Shown piece after piece: positions 7,927 to 17,150 of a DNA stretch of 28,164 nucleotides. The position numbers and the translations under genes were made by a program. Origin of the DNA: an uncultured bacterium (GTDB lineage Bacteria; Abyssobacteria; SURF-5); the NCBI GenBank assembly GCA_964510165.1, contig CAZEBC010000013.1, forward strand, positions 1 through 28,164, in the 5' to 3' direction. Below the pieces are notes generated by a model. That model saw nothing but the letters and a program-made list of their open reading frames with translations, was not told the origin of the DNA and did no database searches. Within the stretch, counting starts at the first letter, position 1, and each line of letters begins with the position of its first letter.

Positions 7927-9291
7927 CTACACCCTTATCTGATACTTCTTTATGCGGTACTGTATCGTCTTGTAAGTCATTCCGAGCAACTTCGACGCCT
8001 TCATAATATGACCGCCCGTCCTGGCAAGAGCTTCTGTAATCAGCCTCTTTTCCACATCCTCGATCGAGACGCCCTCATCCGGCAAGCTGATGTCGCCATG
8101 CTGTTGCACATCTGATTGCGGCGTGAGCATGTTCTGTGGGAGGTCGGAGAGCTCAATTCTGTTCTTATCGGTGAGAACCAGGAGACGCTCCAGAGTGTTC
8201 TCCACTTCCCTCACATTGCCCGGCCAGTGATAGGTCATGAATTTGTCTATGACGGCGGGTTCGATGGGCGGATACTCCCTCTGAAATTTTTGGGAAAGCT
8301 TTTTCTTGAAATGGTCTATGAGCGGGGGTATGTCTTCGGGTCGTACGCGGAGCGGGGGTATCTCTATGAGTATGACGTTGAGCCGGAAAAACAGGTCTTC
8401 ACGGAATCTCCCGTTGAGAACCGCTTCATGAAGATTCTTGTTCGTGGCCGCGATCACGCGTACGTCAACGGTGATCAGTTCGGTTCCGCCGACCCGTTCC
8501 AGTTTCATTTCCTGGAGCACGCGAAGCAGCTTTGCCTGCAATTCCAGAGACATATCGCCGATTTCGTCAAGGAAAATGGTGCCGCCGTCCGCAAGCTCGA
8601 ACTTTCCGATCTTTGTATGGACCGCGCCCGTGAACGCGCCCTTCTCGTGACCAAAGAGTTCGCTCTCGATCAGATTCTCGGGTACCGCGGCGCAGTTGAC
8701 GGCGATGAACGGCTTCTTTTTTCGAGGCCCGTTGAAGTGAATGCTGCGCGCTACAAGCTCCTTGCCGGTGCCGCTTTCGCCCTGAATGAGGACGGTGCTG
8801 TTGACTGGAACGGACTTTTCGATGGTCCGAAAGACCTTTTGCATCTTTTCACTGACACCCACGATGTTGCCAAGGGTGAACCTGGTTTCGACGAGTTCCC
8901 GAAGCTTCAGGTTCTCCTCCCTCAGTTGCTTGTGTTCGAGGGCCTTGCGAACTGAGACGAGGAGCACATCCTTATCAAACGGTTTCGTTATGTAGTCGTA
9001 GGCGCCTTGGCGCATGGCCTCCACTGCGCTCTCAATCGAGCCGTAGGCGGTCATGACTATTATTTCGGTTTCGGGCGAAAGCTGTTTTGCCTCTCGCAAG
9101 ACGTCCATGCCGCTGCCGTTGTCCATCCGAAGGTCAGTGATAATCAGGTCGAGCCTGTCCTTGTTAATCTCCTTGACGGCGTCGTCCGCGTTGGACGCCT
9201 GCTTGATCTCATATTTCGCGCGCATCAGGACATCTGCGATTATTTCGCGCTGAGCGTCTTCATCATCGACCACGAGTATCTTGCTTCCCAA
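7927..9291 (-). CDS. Sigma54-dependent response regulator (NtrC/AtoC family)
   Basis: Receiver VVDD...TDLRM, Walker A GESGTGKE, GAFTGA, FLDEIG, WPGNVRE, C-terminal Fis-type HTH; TTG start 1 nt after the kinase stop. Confidence 0.96.
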   Translation of the reverse strand: MGSKILVVDDEDAQREIIADVLMRAKYEIKQASNADDAVKEINKDRLDLIITDLRMDNGSGMDVLREAKQLSPETEIIVMTAYGSIESAVEAMRQGAYDYITKPFDKDVLLVSVRKALEHKQLREENLKLRELVETRFTLGNIVGVSEKMQKVFRTIEKSVPVNSTVLIQGESGTGKELVARSIHFNGPRKKKPFIAVNCAAVPENLIESELFGHEKGAFTGAVHTKIGKFELADGGTIFLDEIGDMSLELQAKLLRVLQEMKLERVGGTELITVDVRVIAATNKNLHEAVLNGRFREDLFFRLNVILIEIPPLRVRPEDIPPLIDHFKKKLSQKFQREYPPIEPAVIDKFMTYHWPGNVREVENTLERLLVLTDKNRIELSDLPQNMLTPQSDVQQHGDISLPDEGVSIEDVEKRLITEALARTGGHIMKASKLLGMTYKTIQYRIKKYQIRV

Positions 9292-9292
9292 T

Positions 9293-10708
9293 TCATTTTC
9301 CTTTCGCCGGAATGATTACGGTGACCAAGGTTCCCTCTCCGGGCTTGCTCTCAATCGAGATATTGCCCTCATGCTTTTCGATGATGTTCTTTGTCAGGGA
9401 AAGCCCGAGTCCGGTCCCCGAAGATTTAGTAGAAAAATAGGGGTCGAACACGCGGTCAAGAACCTCAAGCGGCATTCCCTCTCCGCGATCTCCGATTGAG
9501 ATGACGATCCATCCATTGTCTTCCCCGAGACTGACACGAATTTTCCCTTTCTCTTGAGAGGCTTCCATCGCATTTATCAGGATATTGAGGAGTGCGCTCT
9601 TGAGCATCTGAGGGTCCACCAATATGTCCTTCTCGATTGCCCGGATATCCGTCTCTATGCCGATGCAGCGATTAACCGCCTCTTTCTCAACGAGATGAAC
9701 CGTCTCTTTCAGCAGTTTGTCCACCTTGCATGGCTGTAATGAAAGCTCGCGCTCCTTGGCGAGCGTGAGAAAACCACGCACTATGTCATCGAGCCGGTTC
9801 ACCTCTTTGACAATGGTTTCGGAGTATTTCTCGAACGATTCGTCATCGAGTTCTCTTTGCGCGAACAAATCTTTCAAGTGGGAAATGGTCAGCTTGATTC
9901 CGTTGAGGGGATTGCCAATCTCATGAGCGACGCCCGCGGCGAGCGTCCCGAGAGCCGAGAGCCTCGCCGCCTGCGCGAGTTTTTGCTCCATCTTCGCTTT
10001 GGCGCGCAAGCTCTCGACCATTTCGTTGAATTTCATCTCGAGCGTCAGTATCTCGCTGGCATTAGGCTGGATATTTAATTCATGGAGATTGCCCTCGCAA
10101 ATCTCCTCACAGGTGGCAGCCATCGTCCGTAAAGGCCGGAGGAGTTGAAAAATGAAATAGCAGAGCGCGCCAATCGTGCCAAAGAATAGCAGAATGAGCG
10201 AGACAAGAACCTTGCTGCGAAGCGCCTTGACCAGATGCGTTTGGGGAGCAATGGCGAGCGCAATCCTCACAGAACCCACCTGCTTTTGGCCGACCATGAG
10301 AGGAAATGTCTGGAAATACGCCGTCATTTGTTCGCCGCCTTGCCGCCTCACAGGATATACGCGCGCCTCCTCGGGGTCGCCCAATTCAAGCAGAGGCATC
10401 TGCTCGGGGGGTTGGTCGCTCGAGACGATTTTCTTTTTCGAGTCATAGAGGATTATGGCGTCGACTCCGTGCTCGGCCTTCAGGTCAGCAAGCTGGCTTT
10501 CCAGAATGTCTGACGGCGCACTGTCCACCTCGAAATTCGTGAGCCGAACACCTATGGCGCGCAGCACTTCGGAGCTTTTCTCTTCCATCTCGGTCGTGAT
10601 GCTCTGCTGATAACGGTAAAGCACCCCCATCACGCTGCCAACCAGGCATAGCACGAGTATGATGCAACAGAGGATTATCTTGAAAACTAAGGACTTATGC
10701 CATTTCAT
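9293..10708 (-). CDS. Membrane sensor histidine kinase (2 TM, HAMP, HisKA, HATPase)
   Basis: Two hydrophobic segments, H-box AHEIGNPL, N-box NILINA, DRGEG, FDPYFSTK, GTGLGL. The ORF-track TTG at 10771 coincides with a -35 box, so ATG 10708 is preferred. Confidence 0.94.
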   Translation of the reverse strand: MKWHKSLVFKIILCCIILVLCLVGSVMGVLYRYQQSITTEMEEKSSEVLRAIGVRLTNFEVDSAPSDILESQLADLKAEHGVDAIILYDSKKKIVSSDQPPEQMPLLELGDPEEARVYPVRRQGGEQMTAYFQTFPLMVGQKQVGSVRIALAIAPQTHLVKALRSKVLVSLILLFFGTIGALCYFIFQLLRPLRTMAATCEEICEGNLHELNIQPNASEILTLEMKFNEMVESLRAKAKMEQKLAQAARLSALGTLAAGVAHEIGNPLNGIKLTISHLKDLFAQRELDDESFEKYSETIVKEVNRLDDIVRGFLTLAKERELSLQPCKVDKLLKETVHLVEKEAVNRCIGIETDIRAIEKDILVDPQMLKSALLNILINAMEASQEKGKIRVSLGEDNGWIVISIGDRGEGMPLEVLDRVFDPYFSTKSSGTGLGLSLTKNIIEKHEGNISIESKPGEGTLVTVIIPAKGK

Positions 10709-10742
10709 ATTCTGTTCGGAAGGGGACTTTCCAACAATATAT

Positions 10743-10771
10743 AGTATATCGGTTCGGCCTTGTTCTGTCAA
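10743..10771 (-). promoter_or_regulatory. Putative sigma70 promoter of the kinase/regulator pair
   Basis: Minus strand TTGACA (10766-10771), 17 nt, TATACT (10743-10748). Confidence 0.75.
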
Positions 10772-10875
10772 TTTGGTTGAGTTTTATGACCGGTGCGGCC
10801 CTAATTCCAGGGATCGGACTGATAGAAAATGGCATGTTCTCTCACGCAAAGTGGGGAATGGGGCATCTGGAGGCA

Positions 10876-10911
10876 GATTCTCATGCTGAACGGAATCCTC
10901 ACATGAGAATC
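10876..10911. repeat. Perfect 10-bp inverted repeat (terminator or operator candidate)
   Basis: GATTCTCATG (10876-10885), 16 nt, CATGAGAATC (10902-10911), at the 3' end of the receiver gene. Confidence 0.5.
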
Positions 10912-11308
10912 AACGTTTCGACATATGGCGGGAATCTCCGTAAGCTTCGAGCGCTCTCTTGGCCACGCTCAATATCTCCTGCCCCTTGACAGGCTTGTTT
11001 ATGTAATCGAAAGCCCCCATATTCATAAGGTCCATGTATGACTCCACCTCGCCAAATGCGGTGATGAAGATTACAGGAACGTTGATTCGCCTCTTTTTTA
11101 TTTCTTCCATTAGCTGGATGCCATTGACGTTGGGCATTCGAAGGTCGGTAATCACCAGATCGAAATCCCGCTTGTCCAAAAAACCGAGGGCTTCCTGCCC
11201 GTCCGCTGCCACCGTAATATCATAGCCCGACTTCTCAAACGTCTTCTTCATCGCTTTACGAAATTCGAGGTCATCGTCCACGAGAAGAATTGACTCTTTC
11301 ACGGCCAT
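10910..11308 (-). CDS. Single-domain response regulator (receiver only)
   Basis: LLVDDD, TDLRMP, ITAFG, YINKP; GGAGG RBS. Confidence 0.93.
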   Translation of the reverse strand: MAVKESILLVDDDLEFRKAMKKTFEKSGYDITVAADGQEALGFLDKRDFDLVITDLRMPNVNGIQLMEEIKKRRINVPVIFITAFGEVESYMDLMNMGAFDYINKPVKGQEILSVAKRALEAYGDSRHMSKR

Positions 11309-11479
11309 CTCGTCCTCCCTTCACTTAATACTATGGCTCCACTCGCATCCCGTCGGCAACCACAATACAACGCCATTCTCATCTCTTCCTCATTCTCCGC
11401 TTCTCCGGTCATCGTAGTCCCGAAAACCCCTCTACGTGCTTAAGGTTCCCATCCGGAAAAACCTATTCCTACGCGACAT

Positions 11480-11488
11480 GCGCAAGAT
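11480..11488 (-). promoter_or_regulatory. Extended -10 element upstream of the receiver gene
   Basis: Minus strand TGATATAAT (TGn-TATAAT); no clear -35. Confidence 0.45.
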
Positions 11489-11576
11489 AATTATATCACT
11501 GAATCAGCCGTAGCGCAGGGTGATGTGGAGGAATTTTCACAATTTGACCAAAGCACTCCGACTAGCAAAAGCCCAC

Positions 11577-11894
11577 TCAGCCCCCGGCAATCGCAGAGAG
11601 CACCGAAATCTCGTCGCCAGCGTTAAGCGGTTTCGTGCGTGAGCCGGGCAGCTCCAAGCGATCCCCGTTAAGAAGGAAGACGGCTCGGCCCTGCTTCATA
11701 ACTTGTTTGAAGAACCGCCGTCCCAGGACCTTCCGCTTGTCCAATCGTTCAAGAACACGCTCGACGGTGTCCCCTTGCAAATACGGCTCCTGGAGGGATT
11801 TGTTCAGAGGAGCACCCGAAAATACACCGGCTACCTTAATGCTGATTATGGCCTCGCTCTCGGGCTTTTTCATAACGGCAGCGGAGCGACTCAC
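11577..11894 (-). CDS. MoaD/ThiS family sulfur carrier
   Basis: Ubiquitin-like size, LLNG, GDEISVLSAIAGG C-terminal di-glycine; GTGA overlap with the AOR stop (alternative ATG at 11873). Confidence 0.88.
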   Translation of the reverse strand: MSRSAAVMKKPESEAIISIKVAGVFSGAPLNKSLQEPYLQGDTVERVLERLDKRKVLGRRFFKQVMKQGRAVFLLNGDRLELPGSRTKPLNAGDEISVLSAIAGG

Positions 11895-13912
11895 GACGGG
11901 GTCGGGGGCTGTCCAGAACGACCGTTCGGGCGGTCGATCATCTCGGCCAGACCCAAGGCCTCGAGACGCTCCCGCTTCACTTGGCCTGTCTCATAGTCCC
12001 AGTCCAGTTGAGCGTAGTATCGCCGAGCGGTCTTGTCGAGGTCAAGCTGGATATTCATAAGCGGGCCTTTGTTCAGGGGTGGATAGCCGGCTGCTCGATT
12101 GCGGATCTGGGTATCGCCCGGTTTAATGCCCTCTCGTACATTAAAGCAATGTCTTAAGGTAAGTATCCTTTCCCCAGTATTCATAAGGGCTTGTGAACTC
12201 ATATGCCAACCGGTTGCAGCGTTTATCCATTCAAACAGGGGATACTCACCAACAAGCAGACCAAAGAGACACACCCCTGCGCCGTTTGCCACCTGTACGA
12301 ACTTGCTGTTAATGGTCTGGAATTCGCCAACCTTGCTGAAATCATATTTGGACGATTTCAACGTAACCTGCTTTGTTGGCCTGACTTCCTTGAACTTCTT
12401 ATGCAATTCCATGAGCATGACGTAGGTATCGGATGAGATAGTATGCCTGCCAGGCGTAGGTTCGACCTCATAGGCCGTGCCGAATGTGGGATCAAACCTG
12501 GGGTCATGCATTGGGAGTTCCTGCCCTCCGGCATGCACGGCGAATTGTTCCGAACCTTTTCCGATGCGCTCGGCGGCGCGCTTGACACCGTCGGCGAACA
12601 CGTCTCCGAAACCGATTCGTGAGGCCAGTTTTTCGGTCATCTTGACAATGGCATCAGCATTACCCCATGTGAGATTAAGGCCGTCGGTGTCTTTGTCAGA
12701 AATCAGTCCGTTCTCGTAACACTCGATGGCAAACGCTATCGTAGCCCCGGCAGAGATGGTATCAAGCCCGGCCCGGTTGCAGATTTCGTTCGCCGCCATT
12801 ATGGACTCAAGGTCATCGTTGAGACACATGGTTCCGAACGCGGCCAGTGTCTCGTATTCCGGTTTGTGTCCTCTATCCAGTTTGTATCTTCCCTGTTCGA
12901 CCTTCACGATTCCGCCGCAACCGAGAGGGCAGAACGCGCAGTGATATTTCTTTTGTTCATACTTGATGAGATTTTCGTCGCTGATCTTGCTTGATCTGGT
13001 GGTTATGGGGAAATCGTGGTAGCCGCTGCCGCCCCAATTCTTGACGGGCGAGTCGCCACATTCGGCGGAATACGCGGTCATCCCGCCCGTGCCGTATCGC
13101 ATGATCAGTTCCTTGTAGGTTGCGGGAGGCGTAGCAAAGAGGAACGGAAAGAAGCTGCGTACCAATTTCCCCATGAAATTGATGTTGTCAACGGACGCCT
13201 TGTCTTTGAATGGCGGTTTCTTCTTGAATCTTTCGAGGTAGTCTTTCCTGAGCTTGGAGAAGGTGTCGGCGTCGGCCAGTTCTGTTTTCTTGCTTCCCAG
13301 GACCGCAATGGCCTTGAGCTTCTTGGAGCCCATCACGGCGCCTAGACCCGAGCGGCCAGCGGCCCGGCCTCCATCGGTGATGACGCACGAGATGAGCGAC
13401 AACTTCTCGCCAGCCGGCCCGATACACGCAACCTCGTATTTGTCGTTGCGGAGTTTTTCCCGGATGAGTCGTTCGGTCTCGATGCAGTCCTTGCCCCACA
13501 CGAATGAAGCATCAACAAGCTCCGCCCTGCCTTCGGTGATGACCAGGATGACCGGTTTCTCGGATATGCCTCGCACGAAAACGGCGTCGTAACCGGTTCG
13601 CTTCAGCATCGGAGAAAAATGGCCGCCGGAGTTGGCGTCTCCCCATGTGCCCGTGAGCGGCGATTTACCGACCACCATGTACCGGCCGCTGAACGGGGCG
13701 CCTGTGCCCGTGAGGAGACCTGAAGTAAATCCCAGGACCGCGTCGGCCCCAAGCGGATCGACCCCTGCCGGTTGCCGATCATAGATTACCTTGGCGCCCA
13801 GCCCGTAGCCGCACAGGAAATCGCGATAGACGCGATCCTCGATTGTTTCATCCCACAGTTTTCCGTTACTGAGGTCTGCCCACAGGATTTTTCCCATGTA
13901 TCCGAATGGCAT
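11891..13912 (-). CDS. aor: Aldehyde:ferredoxin oxidoreductase family tungstoenzyme
   Basis: GYMGKIL, KSPLTG, ANSGG, CIGPAGE, AAGRSGLGAVMGSKKLKA, CAFCPLGC, EYET, GLDTIS, PMHDPR. Confidence 0.95.
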   Translation of the reverse strand: MPFGYMGKILWADLSNGKLWDETIEDRVYRDFLCGYGLGAKVIYDRQPAGVDPLGADAVLGFTSGLLTGTGAPFSGRYMVVGKSPLTGTWGDANSGGHFSPMLKRTGYDAVFVRGISEKPVILVITEGRAELVDASFVWGKDCIETERLIREKLRNDKYEVACIGPAGEKLSLISCVITDGGRAAGRSGLGAVMGSKKLKAIAVLGSKKTELADADTFSKLRKDYLERFKKKPPFKDKASVDNINFMGKLVRSFFPFLFATPPATYKELIMRYGTGGMTAYSAECGDSPVKNWGGSGYHDFPITTRSSKISDENLIKYEQKKYHCAFCPLGCGGIVKVEQGRYKLDRGHKPEYETLAAFGTMCLNDDLESIMAANEICNRAGLDTISAGATIAFAIECYENGLISDKDTDGLNLTWGNADAIVKMTEKLASRIGFGDVFADGVKRAAERIGKGSEQFAVHAGGQELPMHDPRFDPTFGTAYEVEPTPGRHTISSDTYVMLMELHKKFKEVRPTKQVTLKSSKYDFSKVGEFQTINSKFVQVANGAGVCLFGLLVGEYPLFEWINAATGWHMSSQALMNTGERILTLRHCFNVREGIKPGDTQIRNRAAGYPPLNKGPLMNIQLDLDKTARRYYAQLDWDYETGQVKRERLEALGLAEMIDRPNGRSGQPPTPS

Positions 13913-13936
13913 CGGCGGCTCCTTTCGATCGCAGGC

Positions 13937-15142
13937 TCAAGCGATCTCCATGGTCTCAAGCCTTTTCTTCAATATCTGAAGAAACCTAGCGGCGGGTGCG
14001 CCATCGACAAGGCGATGGTCGAACGAGAGCGAGAGTTTCATGATTGGCGCGGCCTCGATCCTGTCGCCCTTTACAATCGGTTTCTTTACAATCGAACCGG
14101 CGCCGATTATGGCGGCCTCCGGGAGATTGATTATCGGAGTGAAACTGTCGATGTCGAAGGCGCCGAGATTTGAGACGGTGATGCTGCTTCCGGTAACGTC
14201 ATCAACCTGCAGGGTACCTTTTCTCGCCTTCTCGATGAGAGAAGCAGAATCAACGGCGATATCACGCAGACTCTTCTTGTCGGCATCCTTTATGGAAACG
14301 GTGATGAGACCGTCATCGAGCGCAACTGCCAATCCGACGTTCACATCGGCATGCTTCCGAATGGAGTCACCGTCGAGCGAGACATTCAGCACAGGATATT
14401 CGCGCATGGCCATCGCGGTTGCCTTTACCAAGATGGTGTTGAAAGAGAGGTCCGAGCCGTCCCGCTTGAAGCTCTCGCGTTGCTCCTCGCGATAAGCGAC
14501 CGCGCGGGTCATATCAACCTCGGCGAAATGGACTACCCTCGCCACCGAATGCGCGCTTCGGGCCATGTTCTCCGCGATCGAACGTCTCATCTTGCCCACT
14601 GGCACGCTCTCGCCCGGCCTTCCGGCTGCGGTCTCGGTCTTTCCTTCCTGCTCGATGAGTGCAAGCACGTCTTCCCGGACGATCCGTCCGTCCGGCCCGC
14701 TTCCCTTGACGCCAGCCAAGTCCAAGCCGTGCTCCTTGGCCAGGCGCCTGGCGGCGGGCGATATCTTTATCTCCGCTTTGTCGCCTTCGGTGTAATCCTC
14801 CGGCGTGGCCTCCTTCAGCGCTTGCATCTTCTCCCATTCCTCGCGCGCGAGCGCGACGGAGCGAGTGTCGGCAATGATTCTGTCAAGGTCGGCAATCTCC
14901 TCATCCGCATCGGCAATGAGCGCAATCGCCTTTCCGCACGGGATAACCTCGCCCTCGTTTGCAATGATCTTCCGGACTATTCCCGCGCCGGGCGACTCTA
15001 TGATGGTGGTTACCTTGTCAGATTCGATCTCGAGCAGTTCCTCGCCTTTCTCTACTTCCTCGCCTTCCTCCTTGTACCACAGCACGACAAGCCCCTCTTT
15101 CATGACGAGGCCCAGTTTTGGCATTACTACCTTTGTGACCAT
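13937..15142 (-). CDS. Dihydrolipoamide acyltransferase (E2) of a 2-oxoacid/acetoin dehydrogenase complex
   Basis: Lipoyl domain EIESDKV, E1/E3-binding domain ISPAARRLA...GSGPDGRI, SNLG, catalytic SFDHRLVDG. Confidence 0.95.
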   Translation of the reverse strand: MVTKVVMPKLGLVMKEGLVVLWYKEEGEEVEKGEELLEIESDKVTTIIESPGAGIVRKIIANEGEVIPCGKAIALIADADEEIADLDRIIADTRSVALAREEWEKMQALKEATPEDYTEGDKAEIKISPAARRLAKEHGLDLAGVKGSGPDGRIVREDVLALIEQEGKTETAAGRPGESVPVGKMRRSIAENMARSAHSVARVVHFAEVDMTRAVAYREEQRESFKRDGSDLSFNTILVKATAMAMREYPVLNVSLDGDSIRKHADVNVGLAVALDDGLITVSIKDADKKSLRDIAVDSASLIEKARKGTLQVDDVTGSSITVSNLGAFDIDSFTPIINLPEAAIIGAGSIVKKPIVKGDRIEAAPIMKLSLSFDHRLVDGAPAARFLQILKKRLETMEIA

Positions 15143-15143
15143 C

Positions 15144-17111
15144 TCATTCCCCCATCACTGTGCGAATGGCCTTTTCGATGCGGTCTTCGTTCGGGATAAC
15201 CGTCTGTTCGAGAACAGGGGCAAACGGAACGGGAGTATCGAGGGCGGCCACCCGCTCGATAGGAGCGTCGAGGTAATCGAACGCTTCCTTCGCCACAGTG
15301 GCCGCCACCTCGGCCCCAAACCCGACAGTCAAGCACCCTTCTTCGCAGATTACCAGACGACCGGTTTTCTTCACCGAGTTGACGATGGTCTCCTTGTCGA
15401 GCGGCGCCAGCGTGCGCGGGTCAATCACTTCCACGGAGACGCCGTCGCTTTGAAGCCGTTCCGCAACGGCAAGAGTCTTTGGAACCATCGCCGCAACCGC
15501 GACGACGGTGACGTCCCTTCCCTTGCGCTTGATATCGGCCTTTCCAAAGGGTATGGCGTACTCGCCCTGGGGAACCTCGCCGGAATTGAAATACAGCGAC
15601 TTCGTCTCAAAGAAAAGCACGGGATTATCGGAACGAATGGCCGTAGTGAGCAGGCCCTTCGCGTCTCGCGGAGTCGAGGGGACCGCTATCACGAGGCCGG
15701 GCACGTGCATGAACAGCGCCTCCGGGCTTTGTGAATGCTGGGCCGCAGCTGAAAAGCCCGCGCCCATGTTGGTGCGTATCACAAGCGGCATCTTTACCTG
15801 GCCCGCCGTCATAAACCTGAGCTTGGCCGCTTGATTGATGATGGGGTCCATGCAACAGGTGAGAAAGTCGGAGAACTCGATCTCAGCGATGGGCCTCAGG
15901 CCGGTCATCGCAGCGCCGACCGCCGCACCCGCTATCACGTTCTCGCTGATAGGGGTGTCCAGCACGCGTTCCTCGCCGAACTCCGCCGCGAGTCCCGATG
16001 TAACGCCGAAAACGCCGGTAGCCACGTCTTCGCCTAAAAGGATGACATTCGGGTCCCGCGCCATTTCCTGACGCAACGTTTGGTTTACGGCAAGCGCGAG
16101 CGGGATCTCATCCGCTTCATTCGAGGCGCCAGCCGTCTCCGCAACAGGCTCAACGGAATATACGTTTTCGGTGACGGTCGCTGGGTCAGGCGACGGGCTC
16201 TCCTCGGCAAACTTAATGGCAGCCTTCACTGCATCATCGACTTTCTTGTCAATGTCGTCAAGTTCCTCCGCTTTCGCCATTCCCTCGGCTATGAGCTTCT
16301 CGCGGAAGCCGGCAATCGGGCACTTCGCTTTCCACTGTTCGATCTCCTCGTCGCTCCGATAGGGGTACACGTCGCCCTCGTAGTGTCCATGCCAGCGATA
16401 GGTCTTGCATTCGATAAGAGTGGGCCCCTGGCCTGCCCGAGCTCTCTGAACAGCGCGTTCGGTGGCGGTCTTGACCGCCAGGACATCGTTTCCATCCACT
16501 ATGACGCCCGGCATCCCATACGCCTTCGCCTTTTCGGCGACGTCGGCGACTTTGGAATGCTTGACATAAGGGGTGAATTGTCCGTAAAGGTTGTTCTCGC
16601 ATACAAAGATGATCGGAAGGTCCCAGACGGCGGCAAGGTTCATGCTCTCGTGGAACATGCCTTCGGTCGTCGCGTCGTCTCCGAAGAAGCAGACCACAAC
16701 CTGGCCGCTCTTTCGCACTTTCGCGCTGAGTCCCGCACCCGCCGCTATCTGCGTTCCGGCGCCGACGATGCCGTTCGCTCCAAGAATCCCGAGGCCGACG
16801 TCAACGATATGCATCGAGCCGCCTCTGCCGCGGCAATACCCGGTCTCCTTCCCGTAAAGCTCAGCCATCATCTTGTTGAGGTCGCCGCCCTTCGCGATAA
16901 GGTGACCATGGCCGCGATGAGTGCTGGTGATATAATCGTCCGAGTTCAGCGCCGCGCACGCTCCCACCGCAACCGCTTCCTGTCCAATGTAGAGGTGGAC
17001 AAAGCCGGGAATGTTGCCGCTGGCGAACTGTGCCGAAACTTCTTCCTCGAATTTCCTCAGTTTTTGCATCGATTCATAGAGGTTCAACAGTTCGTCTTTT
17101 GATAAAGTCAT
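15144..17111 (-). CDS. Fused E1 alpha+beta TPP-dependent dehydrogenase (AcoA/AcoB- or PdhA/PdhB-like)
   Basis: Alpha half: GFVHLYIGQEA, STHRGHGH, GRGGSMH, GDDA...ENN, TYRWHGH. Beta half: GEDV, DTPISE, AAQHSQ, DPRTLAPLD. Start set at ATG 17111. Confidence 0.93.
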   Translation of the reverse strand: MTLSKDELLNLYESMQKLRKFEEEVSAQFASGNIPGFVHLYIGQEAVAVGACAALNSDDYITSTHRGHGHLIAKGGDLNKMMAELYGKETGYCRGRGGSMHIVDVGLGILGANGIVGAGTQIAAGAGLSAKVRKSGQVVVCFFGDDATTEGMFHESMNLAAVWDLPIIFVCENNLYGQFTPYVKHSKVADVAEKAKAYGMPGVIVDGNDVLAVKTATERAVQRARAGQGPTLIECKTYRWHGHYEGDVYPYRSDEEIEQWKAKCPIAGFREKLIAEGMAKAEELDDIDKKVDDAVKAAIKFAEESPSPDPATVTENVYSVEPVAETAGASNEADEIPLALAVNQTLRQEMARDPNVILLGEDVATGVFGVTSGLAAEFGEERVLDTPISENVIAGAAVGAAMTGLRPIAEIEFSDFLTCCMDPIINQAAKLRFMTAGQVKMPLVIRTNMGAGFSAAAQHSQSPEALFMHVPGLVIAVPSTPRDAKGLLTTAIRSDNPVLFFETKSLYFNSGEVPQGEYAIPFGKADIKRKGRDVTVVAVAAMVPKTLAVAERLQSDGVSVEVIDPRTLAPLDKETIVNSVKKTGRLVICEEGCLTVGFGAEVAATVAKEAFDYLDAPIERVAALDTPVPFAPVLEQTVIPNEDRIEKAIRTVMGE

Positions 17112-17150
17112 TAAACATACCCCCAAGATGGAAACCGAACAACTGTTTTC

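Noticed and set aside
11301..11412. Possible ~37-aa upstream ORF (MTGEAENEEE...) overlapping the receiver gene start; coordinates approximate
   Set aside because: No homology cue or clear RBS; could be chance in a purine-rich leader.
14351..17102. Several 280-340 aa plus-strand ORFs
   Set aside because: Antisense shadows of the E2 and E1 genes.
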